Notes under the pieces: model-generated
The model's database searches: none
Seen by the model: the letters and a program-made list of their open reading frames with translations, nothing else
What the model was told of the DNA's origin: nothing
Translations under genes and position numbers: made by a program
Origin: Solirubrobacteraceae bacterium
GTDB lineage: Bacteria > Actinomycetota > Thermoleophilia > Solirubrobacterales > Solirubrobacteraceae
Length of the DNA stretch: 41,042 nt
Direction of reading: 5' to 3'
Assembly: GCA_050696935.1 (NCBI GenBank)
Contig: JBOGYU010000001.1
Span: 1 to 41,042, forward strand
Shown: one piece after another, positions 36,376-41,042 of the stretch
Numbering within the stretch: position 1 is the stretch's first letter
Layout: every line of letters starts with the position of its first letter

Positions 36376-36948
36376 TCAGTGGCGAGGCAGCCAGCGGCGC
36401 GGTCCACTGTCCTCCCCGAGGTGGCGGCGCAGGGCGGCGTGGCCTTCGGTGATCCGTCGGTTCACCGCGGTGTAGCTCGCGCTGGTGAGCCGCATGATCT
36501 CCTGGTAGCTGTAGCCGAGGCCCTTGAGGTAGAGCGCTTCGCGCTGGGCCGGCTTGAGCGCGTGCATGGCGTGGAAGCGCTCGATGTGCTCCAAGCGGTC
36601 CAGCACCTTGTCCTCCGTGCCGCGGTGCTCGGTATCGGCCGGTTCGGGCAGCTCGCCTTCGTCGTGGACACCGAGCGGTCCGATGAACGTCCCGGCGAGC
36701 GTTGCCTCAGCCGTGGAACCTTGTCGCCATGCCTCGTGGACGGCGACGGTTGTCAGCCACCCAAGGCCGCTCCGGTCCAGCGTGATGTCCGGACGGCGCA
36801 GCAGCGTCGCCCACGCGACCTGGCAGGCGTCATCGATGATCTCGTCGCCGACGCGCTCGACGCGGCGGCGCACCGCACGGCGGACGTGGTCGGAATGAGC
36901 GGCGAAGAACGCGCCGACCTGATCGCGGCGCTCGGGGCTGCAGGTCAC
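36376..36948 (-). CDS. sigma-70 family (ECF-like) RNA polymerase sigma factor
   Basis: Region 2 reads DDACQVAWATLLRR...WLTTVAVHEAWR. Region 4 reads LKPAQREALYLKGLGYSYQEIMRLTSASYTAVNRRITEGHAALR. GTG start. Confidence 0.85.
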   Translation of the reverse strand: MTCSPERRDQVGAFFAAHSDHVRRAVRRRVERVGDEIIDDACQVAWATLLRRPDITLDRSGLGWLTTVAVHEAWRQGSTAEATLAGTFIGPLGVHDEGELPEPADTEHRGTEDKVLDRLEHIERFHAMHALKPAQREALYLKGLGYSYQEIMRLTSASYTAVNRRITEGHAALRRHLGEDSGPRRWLPRH

Positions 36949-37013
36949 GGCCTGGCCTCCTGGGTGCTCGGTGCGGTCCGGGCCTCCAGGGGCGGGTCCT
37001 GAGGCTCACCTCC

Positions 37014-37148
37014 CTCCCCCGGAAGGTGAGGCCGAGACAGGCGGCGCGCGCAGCGAGTCACCCGAAGGGCGGCCCGCAGGGCCGAGCCGGCGCAGCCGGC
37101 TTGACGGAGCGAGCACGGCGCCTACGCTGCCTGCCCCTTCCGGGGGAG
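37014..37148. repeat. 13-bp perfect inverted repeat enclosing 109 nt in the divergent promoter region
   Basis: ctcccccggaagg (37014-37026) versus ccttccgggggag (37136-37148). Confidence 0.6.
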
Positions 37149-37369
37149 GATTCGCCCGCGCTACCGGCGGCGGGCCCCAGCTACACCCAGGGCTGTCCAA
37201 CGGCCGCCCACCGCCGTCATCGCGTGGTCACGACAGCGCCGACTCGGCGCCGACGTTACGGTTGCCGGTGCATGGAAGTCCTGCATCTCCGCACGCGGTG
37301 CGGCGCGTTCGCGTACCGAACTCGGCGACCGTAAGCGGCTCCGCGTTCGACGGCACCCGCCCATTGCGG

Positions 37370-38664
37370 ATGCTGTTCGACGAGGGGCTCGCTGCTGGCG
37401 ATGCCGTTGAGTTGCTGCGCGGCATGGCCCACCATGAGCTCGTCAAGGCCTACTCGACGCGGCAGACCGAAGGGATGACGGCGATTGAGCTCGGCGACCC
37501 GATCGTCGAGCGCGACGTCATCCCGTATCGGTACGGGACCGTGCGCAGCGCCATCCCGGTCGCGGGCCAGTGGCAGCGCTTCGCGGATCGTGTCGCCGCT
37601 CAACACGGCGTGGCGCGCGACGAGGCCATGCGCGTGCTCGTGCGCGCCCAGCTCGCCGGGGTCTCGGCGTCGACGCCTTCGTCACCGAGAGCGTGGTCGC
37701 ACTCGAGCTGGCGCCGCGCGGCGTGGTGCAGGACGCGAATCCCATGCTTCCCGCGGAGGCGACGGCGATCGTCGGCCTATTCCTCCGGTCGCGTAGCGAC
37801 TTCACGATTGCCAAGGGGGCGACGTTCTCGGACGGCGTCTCACGCGGGCTCTTCTACTGGATCCTGGCGCGGGCGCTCCTCGGTTCGGCCTGGCGATGGT
37901 TCTCCGCCTGCGTGGCTTCGTCGACTGCGACCGGTGACGACGCGCTGACGTACCTGGGTCAGTCGGCGCTCCAGCGGTTCGATCGGCTGCTGCGAGCTCG
38001 CGACGCGATCCTCAGACAAGCGCAGCTCCCGCCGGATCGGGATGCCGGCGACGAGGCGATCTTCTTCCTCGACGTCGCGCTTCTCATGCTCAGCGGCGCG
38101 TTTGACGTCGCAGCTCGGGTCGCGCACCGCGCATACGGCGTGACGCTGGACGTGCACCTGGCTGGCTGGCGCCGCAAGGCGTGGCGGACATCGATCGTCG
38201 CCGCGGAGCCGGCATTCGGCTCGCTCCTGGCCACTGGCTCGCTCGTCGCCGACATGCTCGAGATCGTCGGCCGACTGCGGAATACGGTCCACGGCGCCGG
38301 GCTGCAGGGAATCGCTTACAGCGAAGGCAGTCTGTTGTCGCACGAGAACCTCGTCCAGCTTCCGGCCGGCGAGCACGAGGTGGTGGTAGAGGCCATGGAT
38401 CGACACGCCGGTCATGCAGCGTGGGGTGTCCGTCCACTCGGGGCCGGACTGGTGGCGCTCGAGCCCGACACATTCGTCGAGGCTCTCGTCCCGCGGGCCG
38501 CCGTGGCTCTGAACGCGCTGATGGATGCGACTGACGTGACCCGTCTGTCCGGGGTTCGGGCCGACGATCTGCCCGGGGGACCGCCCGTCGACGACCAGCT
38601 CTTCTCGGCGTCGATGACTCGATCGGTGCGGCTCCTCGGGGGCCTGCCGACGTGTGAGGCATAG
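37370..38664 (+). pseudogene. unknown protein with an apparent reading-frame switch near 37640-37690 (frameshifted gene, recoding site or two overlapping genes)
   Basis: The frame of ATG 37370 looks coding up to about 37660 (MLFDEGLAAGDAVELL...EAMRVLVRAQLAG). After that, gene-like codon usage continues only in the frame of ORF 37570..38664 (GVDAFVTESVVALE...LGGLPTCEA). A G4 run sits at 37658-37661. An alternative separate start is GTG 37693. Confidence 0.45.
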
Positions 38665-38710
38665 CCACGGTTGTCGATTCGGTCCGCGCCGCGCTTATTG
38701 TTGCTGCGTT

Positions 38711-39139
38711 ATGACGCGAGAGAAAGCACAGGCCAGCGTCCGGGCGATCCTCGCCGACATCGACGGGCACAAGTGGCGTGATCTGTTCGTCCCGCACGGC
38801 TTTGCCGTCGGGGACCTCGCGGCGGAGGAGAGGGACAATCCGTTCGCGCCGGGACTGCTCACGCGGTGGGAGGTCACCGCGCAGCTTGACGTCCCGGTGA
38901 TCTACTCGCCTGACTCGTCGACCGGGATCGTCCGCGCGACGCTCCCCGCGGATCGCGACAATGTCGAGGCGTTGCGCGAGTGGATCCGCGCGTGCGCGCG
39001 CGAGGCGTCTGCCCGTCGCGTGCGGCTGCGGGACTGGAAGGTGTCGCCAGACGAGGCGCCCGCGCCGTACACGCCCGACGGGACGCCGAACGGGCCGCCA
39101 CCCGACTGGTCGATCACCGCCGTGTTCGAGGTGGCGTAG
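38711..39139 (+). CDS. hypothetical protein (142 aa)
   Basis: ATG at 38711 (MTREKAQASVRAIL...), 47 nt after the upstream stop. Codon usage is gene-like and no motif is recognised. Confidence 0.55.
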   Translation: MTREKAQASVRAILADIDGHKWRDLFVPHGFAVGDLAAEERDNPFAPGLLTRWEVTAQLDVPVIYSPDSSTGIVRATLPADRDNVEALREWIRACAREASARRVRLRDWKVSPDEAPAPYTPDGTPNGPPPDWSITAVFEVA

Positions 39140-39283
39140 GCGCCGTACTACGGACCCCATGGCTCACGCGCCCGCGGCCAAGAGGGCGTCGAGCGTCTGG
39201 CCGAAGGTGACCGCTGACCGCTGGACAGCCGCGGTCAGCGGTGTCCGCCTCGCGAAGGCTCGCCGGTAGCCCTCCAGGGAGTC

Positions 39284-41014
39284 TCATCGGTAGAGCTGGT
39301 CGAGCCCGTAGACTAGCCTGCGCGCCTGCGGCCATCCGACGGCGACGAAGACGTCGAGCACGTCCATGAGTGCCGTGGCGAGTTCGTCGTCCTCGAACAC
39401 CTCGCGGTGGCGGGCCAGGTAACGTTCCACGATACGTACGACCGCGTTCATCGCCAGGGATTCGTACTGGTAGCCGTGGTCCCGGCCAGCGTTGATTGCT
39501 GCGGCGATCAGCCGAAAGACGCCCGGCGGGTCCTCGTCGATGCACCCCTCGAGCAGCTCGACGAGGTGGTGCACGATTTGCGGGTGGCCGAGGCGGGCCA
39601 GGCTTTCCAGCAGGTCGTGGGCCTCGTGGTACAGGCGTGCACGCTGGGCGGGGTCCGCGTGCGGCTCGTCCGATCCGTGGCGCTCCTGGAAGACGCCCGA
39701 GGCGAAGAACAGGACGTCGGCCACCGCGTCGGCGCCCGCTGCGGCGGCCCGGCCGCGCTCGATGGCGTCCTCGGGCCAGGAGCGGTCGTCTCTCCCGTGC
39801 TGGCTCTCGAGCTCGCGGAGCTCGCGCGCTGCGGCGTCAAGCACAGCGCGCACGGTCGCCTGCGCCCGCCCGCGGATCGCGGCGTGGCCGGCGTCGGCGG
39901 GTGCCACGGGTCCGTGGGTCAGCGCGTCCCGCAGGTGGAAGAGCATCGATCTCGCCGACGGCTCGTGCGCGAGGGGATCGCGGAGCAGCGGGCGCAGCGC
40001 GGCGTGGGCGCTGCGCGCGTCGCGCCAGACGGCCAGTCCGGCAAGCACCTCGTAGAGGTCGTCCAGGAGGCTCTGTTGCGGCGCGCGGCGGCGGCGCTCG
40101 CGGTTCAGGATTCGGCGGATCGAGGCGACGGCGCGGGCCTCGTCGAGGTTGGCCAAGCGGACAAGCGGACGCAGCAGCGCGTTGAGGACAGCCGCGCTGG
40201 GGTCCTGGCCGGCGCGCTCCTCTGCAATCGCCCAGGCTGTTCCCGGTGCGGTGATCGCCAGCGCGTTGACACGGCGGGCCACGGCGAACCGCACGGCGGG
40301 GGAGGGATCGCGGCTGAGCGCGATGACCGCGGCGAGGACCTCCGGCGTGGCCCAACGCGCGTGCTGGCCGATGAGCGTGAGCCCCTCGGCGGCCGAGATG
40401 CGCGGAGACGGGAACCCCCAGGACGGCAACTCGTCGAAGCGCTCGAGGGCCGCCGCCCCGGCAATCGGGAGCGAGTGGCCGGCGGCGGCAACCAGGATCT
40501 CGGTCGCTACCCGGCCGGCCGCGGGCGTCAGCATCGCCGGTGCGTGGGCCAGGATCGCGGCGGCCTCTCCCGCGTGGCCCCACGCGCGGTCCCGTGCGGG
40601 CGGGTCGGCGTGGCGACCGACGTCGCCGGTGAGCCCCGCCCAGAGCCGTTTGAGCAGCGTCAGGATCGCCTTGCGCGCAGCGGTATCGGCGATCTCGTTG
40701 GCGTGGCGCTCGGTGAACTCGCGCACCGGCTCGCCGAGCTCGAGAAGCCTGGCGTTCGGCGCCCTGGTGGGGTCCGCGCCCTGCTCGGCCACGATCTCGG
40801 CGGGCGTCAGGGAGCCCGACCGGGACGACGTCGTGACGGTGAAGGGAGGCCGCGGCGCGTCCGGCGCACGGTCGCGCGCGTCGATCTCGGCGCGCAGCCG
40901 GCGCGCCGCGGCGGCCGCGAGGCGCTCGGCGTCGAGCGAGGCTAGAAGGCCGTCTCGCAGCTCCTCCCGCAGTTCGCGAGCGTCGGTAGGCGCCCCATGC
41001 GGGACCTTAAGCAC
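39284..41014 (-). CDS. large alpha-helical (HEAT/ARM-like) hypothetical protein; may start beyond the right edge
   Basis: 576-aa ORF from GTG 41014. The frame stays open upstream to position 41042, so the true start may lie outside the window. Leu/Ala-rich helical repeats. No catalytic motif recognised. Confidence 0.7.
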   Translation of the reverse strand: MLKVPHGAPTDARELREELRDGLLASLDAERLAAAAARRLRAEIDARDRAPDAPRPPFTVTTSSRSGSLTPAEIVAEQGADPTRAPNARLLELGEPVREFTERHANEIADTAARKAILTLLKRLWAGLTGDVGRHADPPARDRAWGHAGEAAAILAHAPAMLTPAAGRVATEILVAAAGHSLPIAGAAALERFDELPSWGFPSPRISAAEGLTLIGQHARWATPEVLAAVIALSRDPSPAVRFAVARRVNALAITAPGTAWAIAEERAGQDPSAAVLNALLRPLVRLANLDEARAVASIRRILNRERRRRAPQQSLLDDLYEVLAGLAVWRDARSAHAALRPLLRDPLAHEPSARSMLFHLRDALTHGPVAPADAGHAAIRGRAQATVRAVLDAAARELRELESQHGRDDRSWPEDAIERGRAAAAGADAVADVLFFASGVFQERHGSDEPHADPAQRARLYHEAHDLLESLARLGHPQIVHHLVELLEGCIDEDPPGVFRLIAAAINAGRDHGYQYESLAMNAVVRIVERYLARHREVFEDDELATALMDVLDVFVAVGWPQARRLVYGLDQLYR

Positions 41015-41042
41015 GGCGTGCTCCGCGGTGGCGCGCGAGGCA

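Overview
High-GC window (Actinomycetota-like, by inference), mostly a conjugative mobile element with defence-type cargo. All product calls come from motifs read by eye in the translations. No HMM or BLAST search was run.

Minus strand, right to left:
- 21464->10315: a ten-gene, translationally coupled type IV secretion/conjugation operon. It encodes a VirB2/TrbC-like pilin, a VirB6-like protein, a PrgI/VirB3-like protein, VirB4 ATPase, an SLT+M23 wall hydrolase, a lipoprotein, a degenerate ParA/CpaE-like protein, a membrane protein, a VirD4-type coupling ATPase and a Replic_Relax protein.
- 10272->2058: a co-oriented cargo block with TcmP, a DUF5131 (Gp37/Gp68) three-Cys protein and type I R-M hsdM-hsdS-hsdR.
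- About 1 kb of non-coding DNA with an iteron-like 14-bp array, a strong hairpin and a pyrimidine-rich tract.
- ssb and an AEP-type primase gene that runs off the left edge.

Plus strand, 22.5-30.3 kb:
- a DUF4268/PD-(D/E)XK nuclease-like gene;
- a three-gene cassette of zinc-ribbon/J-domain/C2H2, zinc-ribbon and small membrane proteins;
- a SIR2-NACHT (STAND) gene overlapping a 464-aa partner I cannot assign to any family.

Further right:
- an IS3-family element (30349-31684) lies directly downstream and seems to clip a small HTH gene;
- an ordinary ABC-2 exporter with a DesK/NarL-type two-component system;
- an orphan sigma-70/ECF-like factor bracketed by two long-range inverted repeats;
- a frame-switching unknown gene, a small unknown gene and a large helical protein at the right edge.

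Best candidates for an undescribed system: (1) SIR2-NACHT plus its partner, (2) the J-domain/zinc-finger membrane cassette, (3) TcmP/DUF5131 fused to the type I R-M operon. No tRNA, rRNA or CRISPR array was found.
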